Source of the DNA: Octopus vulgaris
Lineage: Eukaryota
DNA: 64,000 nt
Assembly (NCBI GenBank): GCA_951406725.2
Contig: OX597826.1
Span: 7,378,001 to 7,442,000, forward strand
Direction: 5' to 3'
A model generated the notes under the pieces. The model was given only the letters and a program-made list of their open reading frames with translations, ran no database searches and was not told the origin of the DNA. This document shows, piece after piece, positions 25,006 through 38,814 of this stretch. The position numbers and the translations under genes were made by a program. Position 1 is the first letter of the stretch, and every line of letters starts with the position of its first letter.

Positions 25006-25774
25006 TGCTGGTTTACGATTAGTTAAGCTACATAAGCTGGAAATAGTGACTGGTTCCATCGTTGATCGTAACATTTCTCCATAATTGGTCGTCAAGAAGC
25101 ATCATCTGCATAATTCAATGATTTACCATTATTTATTGATTGATTTTCATTTCAAGAGTTTAATAGACTGTAATTGAACAGGTAGGTTACGATGACAATT
25201 CTGTAAAACTTTAGTTGATAATTAGTGATATATAATGAGATAGAATCACAGTTTATTCGCTCTGTTATTTCTGAATAAGAGAGTTAAATTAGCCTATAAA
25301 ACAAGGGAAATTAGTAGATCAAGATATAAGATCTGATTGTCGGTTGTAGCCAGTTTACAATATTTATGGCACTAAATACCACTGGCAAAATCATGAACTT
25401 TACAAATTCTAATTTTCTTTCTAACTAAATGGAAAATCATTTAGTTTTCTTTTAAATGCCAGGAGATCGTTGTGTGCATACATTTATGTCTACCAGTGGC
25501 ATTTTAATTCAGTATTTTAGAAGGATACTGTATTAAGAGATAAACTATTTTAGTAGTTAATATATAGGCGCTCGAGAACGTAGTTTATATCATCAAGTTT
25601 TATTTTTTATCTTTTCCTTGTTTCTGTCATTACACTGTAGCCATGCTGGTGAGTCACCTGGAAGGTGCCCCAGTCGAATACATCAACGTTAGTGTTTCTT
25701 TTGCAAACCTGGTAATGATTTTCTTGGTATCATTAGCCGCTAATTTACAGGGACATGAACAAAACAATGCCACA

Positions 25775-26046
25775 TTATTTATATTATTTATATTCGACGG
25801 ATATTTGTCCTCATCTTGTTTGTTGTTAGCACAACGTTTCGGCTGATATACCCTCCAGTTTTCTTCAGATGTCTTGGGGAAATTTCAAACTTGGGTTCTT
25901 ATTCCTAAGGAAGACGGCTGGAGGGTATACCAGCCGAAACGTTGTGCTGACAACAAACAAGATGAGGACAAATATCCGTCGAATGTAAATAATGTAAATA
26001 ATGTAAATAATTTACATAATTCCGCATCCCTTAAATATAGAACTGT
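25775..26046. mobile_element. Foldback repeat with arms of about 85 bp carrying hammerhead-like motifs (Penelope pLTR-like)
   Basis: ATTCGACGGATATTTGTCCTCATCTTGTTTGTTGTTAGCACAACGTTTCGGCTGATATACCCTCCAG is mirrored by CTGGAGGGTATACCAGCCGAAACGTTGTGCTGACAACAAACAAGATGAGGACAAATATCCGTCGAAT. The minus strand of the left arm reads CTGAAGA...CAGCCGAAACGTT. Confidence 0.75.
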
Positions 26047-26243
26047 AAAGCAATACCAGTTGTCATGTGTTGATTGGGGAGAACTAAAAAGAGAAAAAAA
26101 CACGCGTCGTCTATCGAAGTGATCGCAGAACACCGTGAGATGAATTGTTTTTGTCAAGAACACAACACATCGCCCTGTCTAAGAAGTGAAATCACGATCA
26201 CTAAGTCGTGAGTGCAACACCCTAACCACTGTATATATATATG

Positions 26244-26280
<37 letters not shown>

Positions 26281-26310
26281 GTATATATATATGTATATAT
26301 ATATAAATAC

Positions 26311-26381
<71 letters not shown>

Positions 26382-26439
26382 GTGTGTGTATGTTGTACTC
26401 AAGAAGACTGGTACTCTGCAGCAGGAGTGTAAAACACCG

Positions 26440-26640
26440 GTCCCTATGGTGATGTAAAGCACTCGTAAAAGCACCCGAGAGGGTCCACATAGAAGCACTC
26501 GTGCCGGTGGCACGTAACCCAGAACCCAACCGAAGAGCAGCTTGCATGCTCTAGTCAAACCATCTAGCTTCTATCAACACGGTTAACGGACGTTAAATGA
26601 TGATCATGATCATCATGATCATCATCATCATTATGATGAT
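26440..26640 (+). mobile_element. 3' part of a SINE/LINE-like element ending in (GAT)n
   Basis: GCCGGTGGCACGTAA...GTCAAACCATCTAGC...AACGGACGTTAAATGATGAT; resembles RTE-type tails as recalled, not verified. Confidence 0.5.
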
Positions 26641-26725
26641 AGATAGATAGACAGACAGATAGATATATAGATAAATAGATAGACTGCTCGGGAAAATTAA
26701 TAGATATACACACATACATACACGA

Positions 26726-26786
<61 letters not shown>

Positions 26787-26881
26787 TTTCATATATATAT
26801 ATACTAAATGTATGATCATGTGTTTAAAATTAAATTCGTTCGTAGCTATACACGCATACACATACACACACACATATGTAT

Positions 26882-26912
<31 letters not shown>

Positions 26913-28099
26913 GTCACACATTACATACATATATATGAGCGTATATATAGATATATGCATGTACAAGCAACACATTCATAAATGCACACAAATGATTATA
27001 TGAAACGATGTCCAAATGATGTTGTAATGTAAATGTCGATGCAATTACAAATACGTGAATATAAGTATGTATGCGTAGATGCAGAAATCAAAATACACAC
27101 TTACACTTATTCATCACAAAAAAAAAACATGTGAGTGTGTATATGTATATACATACATTATACATACATACTTAGATATATATATATATATATATATATA
27201 GCGCCCAATAATACTTTATTTGTTCTACGTCCTTGCGTTGTTGTTTTTTTGTTTTTGTTTTCTTGTTTGGATTAACTATATATATATATATATATATATA
27301 TGTTAATAAAATATATGCATATATATAAACATATATGTACGTACCTACCTCTACATGTACATATACACGCATATATGTGTACAGGACACCAAAAGGACGT
27401 CGAACACATAGAGAGACGAAAAACATAGACACAAACCAAGGAACAAGACAAGCAAAAAAAGGAAATACAGGACAATAAGCACAACGAAAATATATATATA
27501 TGCATGTATATTATATAATATTATATATAATGTATATACAAACTTCCCTATGAACCTAAGGAAATAAATAATCGTCCCAATCAGACATACTGGTACATTA
27601 TGTTATAATATTCTAAAAATCCTTCACAACAAAATTAAATTAAAATATGGGCAATATTTTATTGCTTTTAACATGTTTTTTTTTTTCTGATTGTTAGTAA
27701 TTGGTATAGACAGGCCATATATTCATGTTATTAAGGGTCACATATTGGTTTTTCAGAGAGGAAATATGGCACACATGCATAACCTAAGAGAAGATAACAT
27801 TTGTGATTGTTGGCACATAAGATTTATCATCTTTATGATGAGCTGGATATGATGTTTGGTTTAACATTATAAGCAATGAAACAAAAATAAGGAAATCATA
27901 TGAAATAAATAAATGGAAACCTTGGGGTGACGCGCAGCTCGTCGTCTCCACCACCCCTTGACATCCTTCTCCTTCTTCTTAGTATTAGCATTATCATTAT
28001 TAATGATGATTACAATTACTGACGCTGATAATGATGATGATAATACTGCTACTGCTACTGCTACTACTACTACTACTAATAATAGTTATAATTATAATT

Positions 28100-28305
28100 A
28101 TCTTTTCTACTCTTGGCACAAGACTCGAATTTGGGGGAAGGGGCCAATCGATTGGAGGGGCCCCAGTACGCAACTGGTATTTAATTTATCGACCCATAAA
28201 TGATGAATAGCAAAGTCGACCTTGATGGTATTGGAAACTGGAATGTAAAGACGGATAAAATGTTGGGAAGCATTTTGTCCGGTGTGTTAATGATTCTGTC
28301 AGTTC
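28100..28305 (-). mobile_element. SINE family A
   Basis: TTTTCTACTCTTGGCACAAG...CCCCAGTACGCAACTGGTATTTAATTTATCGACCC..AAAGTCGACCTTG. Confidence 0.8.
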
Positions 28306-28353
28306 CAATCCCTGGGTTAGAAGAAGAAAATTTAAGATTGAAAAGTGGAAAAT

Positions 28354-28495
28354 GGAGGAGGAGGTGGAGAATAATAATAAGAAGAAGGAGGAGGAGATGG
28401 AGAGAAGGAGGAGGAGGAATGAGGGGAAGAAGGAAGAAGAAGAAGAAGAAGAAGAAGAAGAAGAAGAAGAAGAAGAAGAAGAAAATGAATGAATG
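28354..28495. repeat. (GAG)n/(AAG)n purine-rich microsatellite
   Basis: Directly visible. Confidence 0.95.
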
Positions 28496-29159
28496 AAGGG
28501 AAGGATGAAAATGGTGATGCAGATTTTGATGACGATGCGACAGCGTTCTCGAAGTTGATTCATAAAATGTCCATCTCTTTCGTTATGTTAATGATGTGGT
28601 TGGTGATGTCAATGAAGTGGAAGAACAAGATAAAGAATGAAGCAGAGTGAGGGAGAGGGGGTGGAATTTGGAGTGGCAGGAGGAATAGGAGGAGGATGAG
28701 GAGGAGCAATATGAATGCAATGAGGAGGAGACTGATAAGCGGAAATATGTACACTACGTAACAATCGCGGCAATTATTTTACTTTCAATGAAGAAAAAAA
28801 AAATTTACAAGTAAAAATAAAAGGAAAAAAAAAAAACAATTATCATACTAAAACAAAATGTATATTTAAAAATATGTGAAGAAAGAAATGAAATGAAAGA
28901 GAGAGAAATTCAGGGAGAGCAAATGAAGGAGAGACAAGGAGAAAAGGAGACAGAGATTGAAAGAGTATGATCGGCTAATTAACTGTCTTCATTGATGCAT
29001 AAAAATTATCAATTTGTCTATAATTGTTTAGATTAATTGCTTTGGATAATGGTAAAATATTAGTTTTCTTTAATGAGAAATTTTTAAAAAATGTTGTTTT
29101 TTTTCCAACAATCACTCTGTGCATTAAGATATTTTTAACCAAACGACAACGGATACATG

Positions 29160-29209
<50 letters not shown>

Positions 29210-29328
29210 TATACATACATACATACTATATACAAGGAGACATACACACGCATACACACATATATATATATATATATACATATGTATATATATATAATTA
29301 TTTATATATATACGCATATGCATATGTC

Positions 29329-29369
<41 letters not shown>

Positions 29370-29966
29370 GTGTGTATATATATACATACATATATATATA
29401 TATGTATGTATGTAAATATGGATATATATATGGATATACACACAGACACACACACACATATATATAAAGCAAAACTTTGATCTTATCTATGATTTATTCT
29501 CCTACAGAACTGCCCTTGTCAAGATTTCAACAGATAATGATGAAAACTTCATATCTTTCGAACATTTATAATATTCAATCGAATAATTTTATCGAATATT
29601 TTTTCTCCTCAAAACATGGAAAAAAAAAATTCATGTTTACTATGAAATTTATTTTTTCATATTTAATGTATTTGTTTAATTTTGTTGTTTATTTTGCTTT
29701 TTCTGTTGCTGGCTTTGTTTTATTTCATTTCTCATTCCACTTGTTGAAAAATATACAAATTTATTCCTTGTTGCCATGCATCAATCCAAGATTCTTCTTT
29801 GGTCAAAGTTTATAGGATTTCAAACTTTTGATGGAAGTCACTTGGATACTGGTCGGTAAACAACCATGCATTGGCGTCCTATTATAATGGCAAAAAAACA
29901 TTTAGTTTTTTTTTTTTTAAATAGAATAATTAAAATTATAAATTAATCCAATTTGATAATTGCTAA

Positions 29967-30820
29967 AGGCAACATGTTGGCTGAATCATTAGCGAAATGG
30001 ATAAAATGCTTAGTCCAGTTGATTTTTCTTTACGAGCTTAGTTCGAATTCTGCCGAGGTGGACTTGGCCTTTTATTCTTTCGGATTCAATGAAATAAGTA
30101 CCAGTTGGGCGCTAAAGTCAATGTAATCGACTTAGCACCACCCATGAAATTGTAGACCTTGTGCCAAAACTTGATACTAAAAGCTCGTTTCCACTCTAGA
30201 CACAATGCCAAAATTTTTGGGGAGGAGACCTGTCGCTTAAATCGACCTCAGTACGCAACTGGTACTTAAAAGACAGACGAAATACTGCAAAGCTTTTCGC
30301 CCGGCGTGTTAGCGTTTCTTATTTCTTTACTGCCCACAAGGAGCTACACATAGAGGGAACAAACAAAGACAGACAAAGGGATTAAGTCGACCCCAGTGCG
30401 TAATTGGTACTTAATTTATCGACCCCGAAAGGATGACAGGCAAAGTCGACCTTGCGGTATTTCGTCTGCCGCTACGTTCTGAGTTCAAACTCCGCCGAGG
30501 TCGACTCTGCCTTTCAATTTTTCGGGGTCGATTAAATAAGTACCAGTTACGCACGGGGTCGATATAATCGACTTAATCTGTTTGTCATTCCTTGTCTGTC
30601 CCCTGTGTTTAGCCCCTTGTGGTTAGTAAAGAAATAGGGATTTCGTCTGCCGCTACGTTCTAAGTTCAAATTCCGCCGAGGTCAACTTTGCCTTTCATCT
30701 TTCGGAGTCGATAAATAAAGTACCAGTTACGCACTGGGGTCGTTGTAATAGACTTAATCCGTTTGTCTGTCCCTGTTTGTCCCTTCTTTGTTTAGCCACT
30801 AGTTGGCAATAAAGAAATAT
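29967..30820. mobile_element. SINE family A cluster with opposite-orientation copies (plus 29967-30175, minus 30190-30452, plus dimer 30456-30820)
   Basis: The minus unit ends ...GGCAAAGTCGACC directly before GGTATTTCGTCTGCCGCTACG; a further restart occurs at AAAGAAATAGGGATTTCG (about 30628-30645). Confidence 0.85.
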
Positions 30821-31073
30821 ATAATATATAATATATATAATATATATATATATAATATATATAACTTTCCTTATTGTTGCTGTTTTTAACATCAGCTTTC
30901 GTGTTGGTCAAATTTCACAGGACTTCTATATTTTGATGAAATTTAATTGGATACTCATCCGTAAACAACTGCACTTCGTGTCATGTTACAATGGTAAAAT
31001 ATTTAGTTTATTTAATTTTTGGTAGGATTACTATGACAATTAATTAATCCACTTTAAGAATCACTAAAGGCAA

Positions 31074-34000
31074 GGCGGTGAGCTGGCAGAGTCGTTAACG
31101 CAGTGAGTAAATTGCTTAGCGACATTTCGTCTGTCTTTGGCTCTGAGTTCGAATTCTTCCGAGAATTCCATGTTTTCGGGCCTGATAAAATATGCATCAG
31201 CTGACAACTTGAATCAATGTAATTGCCTTACACTCCTCTATCGAACTTGTGCCCAAATTTGCAACCAATAATTACTAACGGATGCGAGCCGACAGAACTA
31301 CTGGTGTGTCGAACAAAATGCTTTTTTCTAGTTTCTTTACTTTCTGAGCCGAAACCTGCACAAGACCAACTTTTCTGCTCATCCTTTTAGGGTCGATGAA
31401 AATAAAGTCCCAAACAATTACTGGGTTCGATGTAATCGACTTGCCCCTTCCCTCAGAATTACTTGCCTTGTGCACTGCAATGGATCACTGTCCTGTTTAA
31501 GGACAAATGCTGTGAACTCGATCACTTATATACCATGGAAACCGGTTAACTGGTCTTATATGTCTTAGAGCTTGAGAAAAAAATTACTAACAAAAATCAA
31601 GTTTAAACAAGTTGGTCGGGTATTTTAGGAGAGTGTATGAAGAAATTTTTCGACCCCCACCGTATTATATGACTGGTATAAATACCATTGACAAAGGAAC
31701 ATAAGTATAAGGCTGAACTGAGCTCGTTGCAAGTTCAGCTCAATACTTAAATTTGAGTTCCTGAAATACTGAATTCAACTCTTGGCACAAGACGAGAAAT
31801 TCCGGGGAGTGGACTAAGTCGATTACATCGATCCGAATGCTCAACTGCTACTTATTCAATCGACTCCAAAAGGATAAAATGCTATGCCAACCTTGGCGAC
31901 ATTTGAAGTGAGAACTTAAAGACAGGTGTAATGCCGCTAAGCATTATACCCGATGTGCTAATGATTCTGCCAGCTCATAGCCTTTGAGTTCATGAAATAT
32001 TAGAGAACGTTTTCACGAATGAGCCACTGGTCTTATTCCATTCAACACCCACCTACCTATAGGCATGTTATTTAGCTTGTTTTATAAAACAGAATTAATA
32101 ACCATAAAACAGAATTGTTAACAAAATAAATAACTCCTTATAAAACAGGATTAATTATTTCTAATATAGGCACAAAACTGTTTGGAGAGTGATTAGTCGT
32201 TTACATTGAACCAACTAATTGACTGCTACTACATGTTATCAACGCTTGGAAGGATGACATTTATAAACATCAGCGTAATTTTTATACATCAGCGAAATTT
32301 ATACCTAGAAAATAAAGAGTCGAAATGAATAACAAATATTTTTTCCAATGTCCTAACAACTTTCCCAGCTTGCCTCATATTTTTAGAATTATTAATCAAA
32401 CTTTCTACTATAGGCACGCGGCCTGAACATTTGGGGGCAGTGGCAAGTATAGGGTGGTCTTCAAGTCTTGTCACTCCCTTGGAAGAACAATATAACAATA
32501 GCAAACTCATGTACTGGATTTAGTATATTCTCTTTCGTTGATACTGACACAGTCACACATCGAGTAGGTCTCTTTGAACACCATCATTTTTGTAGCAGAA
32601 AATGATGCGGCGCCATGTCCTGTGGGATATTTATGAAGCTCTGCTTTAGTAATTGTTGCAAAGGCTGCCAAAACAGCGTCTTTCACCTGATGGGTTTTCT
32701 GGTATCTCCCTTGTGAAACACTCGCCCTGGTAATAGAAAAATTAAAACAATATTTACAGGTGGTGACAAGACTTTCGGACCACCTAATTGATTGCAGCAA
32801 CTCCAACGCGATATTGGTACCTAATTTATCAACTCCGAAATGATGGAGGGCAACGTTGATACCGACTGAAATTGAACTCAGAACGTAAAGAAGGGCGAAA
32901 AACAGCTAAGCATTTTGCCTGCCGCCCTAAGTATTCTACCAGCTCGCTGCCTGAAGTTATTAATAATAATCATGATTATTCGTTTACTTCGCACACTGCA
33001 TACGTAAAAGGGAAACTTGACTTCAGCTGGATCTAAACTCGGAGTACAAAAGCTCGGAAGAACTGGAGCAAATTATTCCTTCTGAAGGTTTAACAGTGTT
33101 GCCAACTTACTGCGTACATAAAGTAATATTCCTTTCTATTATAGGAACAAGGTCTGAATTTTATGGGAGGTGGTTCGTCGAATACATCGACCACAGTGTT
33201 TGAGTGGTACCAATTTTACGGACCACGAAAGGATGAAATTCAGAACGTAAAGACGGATGAAATGCTGCCAAACATTCTGCCCGGCATGCTAACGGTTCTG
33301 CCACCTCGCCACCTCACTATTTCCAATAATATTATGAAATACTAAATAATAGTTCCACATTTTGGTACAAGGCCAGCAATTCCAGTGAGAGAGGTAAGAA
33401 AATTATATCAACTTCGAAGCTTAACAGGTACATATTTTGAAGACCGAAAGAGTAAAAGATAAAGTCTTCTATGGCGAAGGGGACGGGGAGAGAAAGAGAA
33501 GAATTGTAACAGTTATGTTGTTCCATAAGAAGAATGTAATTCTAAGGGGAAATGAAAACCAGGCCATTGTTTTGCTTAGAATTCCACAAGTTGATTTATT
33601 TACAATTATCACCGTCATCATCATCATCATCATCATAGACAACAACGATAATCCCCACCACCACCACCATGATCGTTGCCGTCGTCATCATCCACAGTAA
33701 CAACAATGCCAAGAATAGGGCAATACTAATAAGTGGAAGGGTTACTTGATGCTATTGAACCTTATTCATCGACCACAATAATATAGAATACATATAGCAA
33801 CACTTTTCTTTCCGCGCACTTCAACGATGTTGCCAGTTCGCTGCATGTTTATAGAAATTGCATCAAGTAACTATAATAAACAATTTTAATTCTTATTACC
33901 AGAACTTTTTTGGACAAGAGTGTCAGAAATTCCGAAGCTTGTATCATAGATTTAATCAACTACAATATGACAAGTAGTTATTGAGGCAGCAAGATGGCAG

Positions 34001-34813
34001 AGTCGCTAGCACGCCGGGCGAAATGCTCATCAGCAATTCGTTCGCTTTAAAGTTCTGAGTTCAAATTTTGCCTCCGTCGACTTCGCTTTTCATGCTTTCG
34101 AGGGCGATAAATAAAGTACCAGTTGAGCACTGGGGTCGATGTAATCGACTAGCCTCCTCCCCCAAAGTTTCAGGCCTTGTGTCTAAAGAAGAAGGCATTT
34201 TATTCAGACAGAAGTATGTCCAAGTCGACCTCGGCACTATTTCAGTTTAAAAATCATTATAAGTTCACTAAATACCAGCAGGAATTTTAATCAATAAACA
34301 ATCGATTTTTCCTTCCATCAACCAAGTATTGATTAAACTATTCTGTTTGTCGTGTGACGTGTTCAACATATAAATTTTTATCAATCTTGACTTTCAAGGG
34401 AAATTGATGACAACCGAAATGTTTCATGCAATGGTTCCTTATGTAGGCAAGAGGTCACCTATTTTAAGTGGAAGGGTTACTTGATGTCATGGACCTTATT
34501 CATCGATCACAATAAGATAAAGGAGAAAGTAGACCTCAGCGGAATATGAAACCGGAGCGGAAAAGGGAAAAGAAGAGAACATAATTTCTACTGAAACTCT
34601 AAGAATTTCATCGGTTCTCTGCCTTCGAAATCCTTAATAATAAGGATTTCTGCTTTAGGTACAAGGCCAGCGGTTATTCGGATAGAGGCTACTTTATATG
34701 AACGAAACCAGTGTTTGAGTAGCACTTTCATGTATCGAGTCAAAAAATGAACGATATGCTCGACCACAGAGGGGTTTGAACTCAGAACATAAAGTGCTGA
34801 AGCTAATACGCTC

Positions 34814-34855
<42 letters not shown>

Positions 34856-36510
34856 ACGCAGTAACGATACTTACCGCTCGCATCATCTGTATAACAACGT
34901 AAACCTCACACTGATAAGTCGTTTCTTATTTAGGTACGATGCCAACAAGATTAAGAGGAGAAATTAAACTGGTATTTTATTTTATCGAAAGGCAAGTTGA
35001 CCTCGGCGAGATTTGAACTCAGAAACGCCGTTAAACAGTTCAAACGGTTCTACCAACACACAGCCATACTACTTTCAATAATATTATGAAACTAGCAAAT
35101 GCATCCGTCTTTTGTACGGTTTACGTTAGTCTGGTGGTGTTTTTTTCACCAAATAATTGTACGACCGAGAAGGTTTATGAGTAGCACGGCAATCTATGCT
35201 TCCGATTAACCTAGGAACGGAAAACCAAATTGAAGGTGGTTATTGTGGAGGTCGGTGCACATTAGTGATCATAGAACATATAAGTTCGGAAGCGATGGAA
35301 AGTAGAGCTACTGAAATATTTTGGGAGTAGATTACGGAAAGTGAGTACAAAATATAGTTGTTTTACATGAAAGAGAAATTCCATGTCAGAAATAGCTACA
35401 TAAATGGTGTAAGGAAATTGAAGGAAGACGTTGAAACTTCCCCTCTTCGAGTTTATTTTATTCAACAGCATAGGGAATTATTTTGTCAGAGAGAAGTATG
35501 ATTGGTACATTCAAAAAATGGCAAAATAATACCTACTTGAAAAAGTAGAGTTGAAGGAAGGTATTTGCGATGTGGTTACAGTGTACGACCACTCTGAATT
35601 TGACTTCAGGTAACGAAAACTGAAGACATGAAACGTTTGACTTCAGTCCAGTTTGCAGTGAAAAGTAGTCGCGTTGTAAGTCAGACAAATAATAAATTTT
35701 AAAAAAATGAACGGAGTAGATGACCTGTGCGAAATATGAACTCAGAAACTATGGAGCTGGAACAGTTCTCCAAAAGCAACATTTTCCAACAACCAAATCA
35801 TTCTGCCAGCTTATCGCTTGTGATATATAATAATTATGGACCGAGTTTGAAGAACTAACCAAATTATTTAAGATAAGGAAATGAAAATGAAAAATTACGC
35901 ATTAAACAAATTTAACCATGGAAATATATCGGAGACATAATCGGAATATTCAACCTAATAAAATATTGTTATGCAGATTGATATATCATATATAAATATG
36001 GAGATAGAAAGAAGACAACGAGCTGATTGGCTAGTTAGCCCACCGGACAAGATCTTTAGCAGCACTTCGTCCGTATTTACGTTCTGATTTCAAATTCCTT
36101 CGAAGTCGACTGTCATTCATTTCGGGTTCAATAAAACGAATACCAGTCGTATGCTGGAGATCAGTGCAATTGTCCTAGACTTTCCTACGAATTTCTGGTC
36201 TTGTGCTACAATTTGAAACTTATGTAGGAATAAAAAACATCTATTCGCCGCCGAATTTAATTGGACTTTGGAAATATTGCGATTATAGGTTACAAATAAT
36301 AGGTTTTTTTGTGTGTGTGTGTGCGGGGAGGGTCTCATAGAGGCAAAAAAAATGAAATCTGGAGGAAGAAGGCTTGTCGGTTTCAAGACCCCGGAGCTCA
36401 ATTGGTACTTATTGAGCTCGAAAAGATGACAGACAATGTCAACCCCAGCGGAATTTGAACTCAGTATGTAAAGTGCCGGAAGAAATGTCATTAACGATTC
36501 TGCCCTTCCA
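31074..36510. mobile_element. Field of more than 10 mostly old SINE family A copies in both orientations
   Basis: Recurrent GAGTTC(A/G)AATT / AATTTGAACTCAG, GTCGATAAA..AAGTACCAG and GGCACAAGGCC motifs, e.g. 31074-31265, 31780-31985, 33130-33315, 33984-34195, 36020-36220. Confidence 0.75.
32450..32786 (-). mobile_element. Tc1/mariner-derived non-autonomous element nested in a SINE A copy; retains a transposase-like C-terminus
   Basis: TIRs TAGGGTGGTCTTCAAGTCTTGTCAC and GTGACAAGACTTTCGGACCACCTA. The minus strand gives QVKDAVLAAFATITKAELHK, then after a frameshift SHRTWRRIIFCYKNDGVQRDLLDV*. SINE A sequence continues on both sides. Confidence 0.75.
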
Positions 36511-37389
36511 GCATCTGACAAATAGATGTTTATGCTATAATAAAAAACAAATCGGGAACGTTCCAGCACCCGTCAAGTTAGATGTGAACAGAGGTAAGAC
36601 AGACAGTAAGAGATACGTACCACTGGCAGCTACTGAACGCCAACTCAGCACCCTTATTGACCTGGTGACGGCAATATTCTTGTTTTGGTTAGATATGTTG
36701 TTCATTCTGGTCCGTGTTTTTGCCATCGTTGTCACATATTGCTGACAACTGACAGTGATTTGCGATGGTTGTTTCGAGTAGATCGGCGGATAAAGATATA
36801 TCGTACACGATAAGAACACATAACTTGCAAAAACAATCGGCTCTATTTTAAGCGTATTTTATATCAAATGTTAATTAACTAATGTAATCATCAGTAATTT
36901 AATAACTTGTCAAGGGAAAGAACGCAGTACGGAGTCGACTGGTATTGAACTCAGAACGTGGTTGTTTCAATTATCATGATAGTTATATAGCAAAACTTTG
37001 GAAGAGGAGAACGAGGAGGGGAGTAGGAGGAGACGGTGGAAGAAGGGGGAATAAATTGGCAGATAATGGCCGTGACCATGGTCGTGATAATGAAGACCTT
37101 CAATGATTTATTCGGATCCAAGGGTTGTCCTGTTCCTCTGCATCACTCTTACTAGTTTCAATCGATCGATCTATTCTTTATGTACGTCATTACACAACAA
37201 ATCGCTTCTCATAAAGCATTGTGACTTGTTCAGTTTATAAATGTCTGTATGCGATGAGGAGTTGTTTTTAAAAAGTTTATAAAAATCTACCATTGAATGA
37301 GAAACGAAGCCAAAACTAAAAGCACGATGATTCCAAACGAGAATAATTCTATACAGTAGGAAATATATCCCTTGTATGCTTGCGAATGA

Positions 37390-37453
<64 letters not shown>

Positions 37454-37603
37454 CCATCCAGCCAGCCACACATACATTCATGCATACATACATACATGCA
37501 CGAGAGCGTTTGTATTTGTGAGTCTTAATATACGTGTATGAGTTAGTAGATGTGAGGTGTTTGATCGTAATATGTAACTGATAGTGCGCGTTTGTGTGAG
37601 TGT

Positions 37604-37645
<42 letters not shown>

Positions 37646-38104
37646 GTGCGTGTATGTGTGTTAAAGTTATATTGAATGAGAAGAAAATGGATACTGCCAA
37701 TTTAGTACTAAATCACAATGTCTAATAGAGATCAGATATTTTTACGCACATATCGAAGCTATTTTAATATAACATCATTCACTGATTTCTTTCATTCAAA
37801 GCATCTTATTTGTGGAGATGGTCGTGGGTGGCGTGGTGGTGGTGGTGGTGAAACGTATTTGCATTCATGTCAATCAATAGGATCCACTTCAGTCATGGGT
37901 TGTATTGTGATCAGTAAAACTCCCAGCAACACACTCAAGGTTCATTTAGGAAGGCAAGATTTATGTCAATGAAAATTTCAAGTTAAACTTTGCTATTTTT
38001 TTCTGTTTTGACGGCACCAAAAAAAAAGAGGATCGCACAAAGAGAAGCCATATTTCACACACACACACATAAACAGAGACACACATGCACACACACACAC
38101 ATTG

Positions 38105-38139
<35 letters not shown>

Positions 38140-38814
38140 CTGGCACACATGTATGAACATCCACACACGAAATGCAAGATGTAGGGACACAAGACAGTTT
38201 TATGATAGCTCTTGTGAAATGATAAATTGGATGCTGTTGCAACTACTACTACAACTACTACTACTACTACTAATAATAATACATTACTGCTATTGCTGCT
38301 GCTTCTGTTGTTGTTATTGTTGTTGCTTGCTCTTACTGTTGTTCCGGGATTGATGGAATGTTTTAAGAAACAAAATCGAAATCGATGACCTCTCTTGATA
38401 AGTTCTGACGTTTCTGTGATAAGTCTCGACAAATAACTAAAGATAACAATAACTCATTCGCTTGACATAGGCTGATTGCTGCAAAAACTGTTCGGCGGTC
38501 GGCGCGTCTGATGCTCAAAATTGGATGCAAGAAAAACCCAGCTAAATGTATGAGAGCTTGGACGTTATGCAAGCGTATTTCCGTTTTAATGGGCAACATA
38601 ATATCTTTGGATTTGTAATACATCAGAATATTGCAAGTATTTCTTCATACCAGACAAAGCAAGTAGGGAAGCTGGTAGCAGAAAGCGTCTTGATTAGGGG
38701 CGGCTACAAGGGGTTCAGTGAAAAATATTTGTCGGAAATGTGACGATAGCTGACATGGTGGTCAGCACATTTCACCCAAAAGGAACTGCGGATCCACATA
38801 TAATTTTATTCTTT

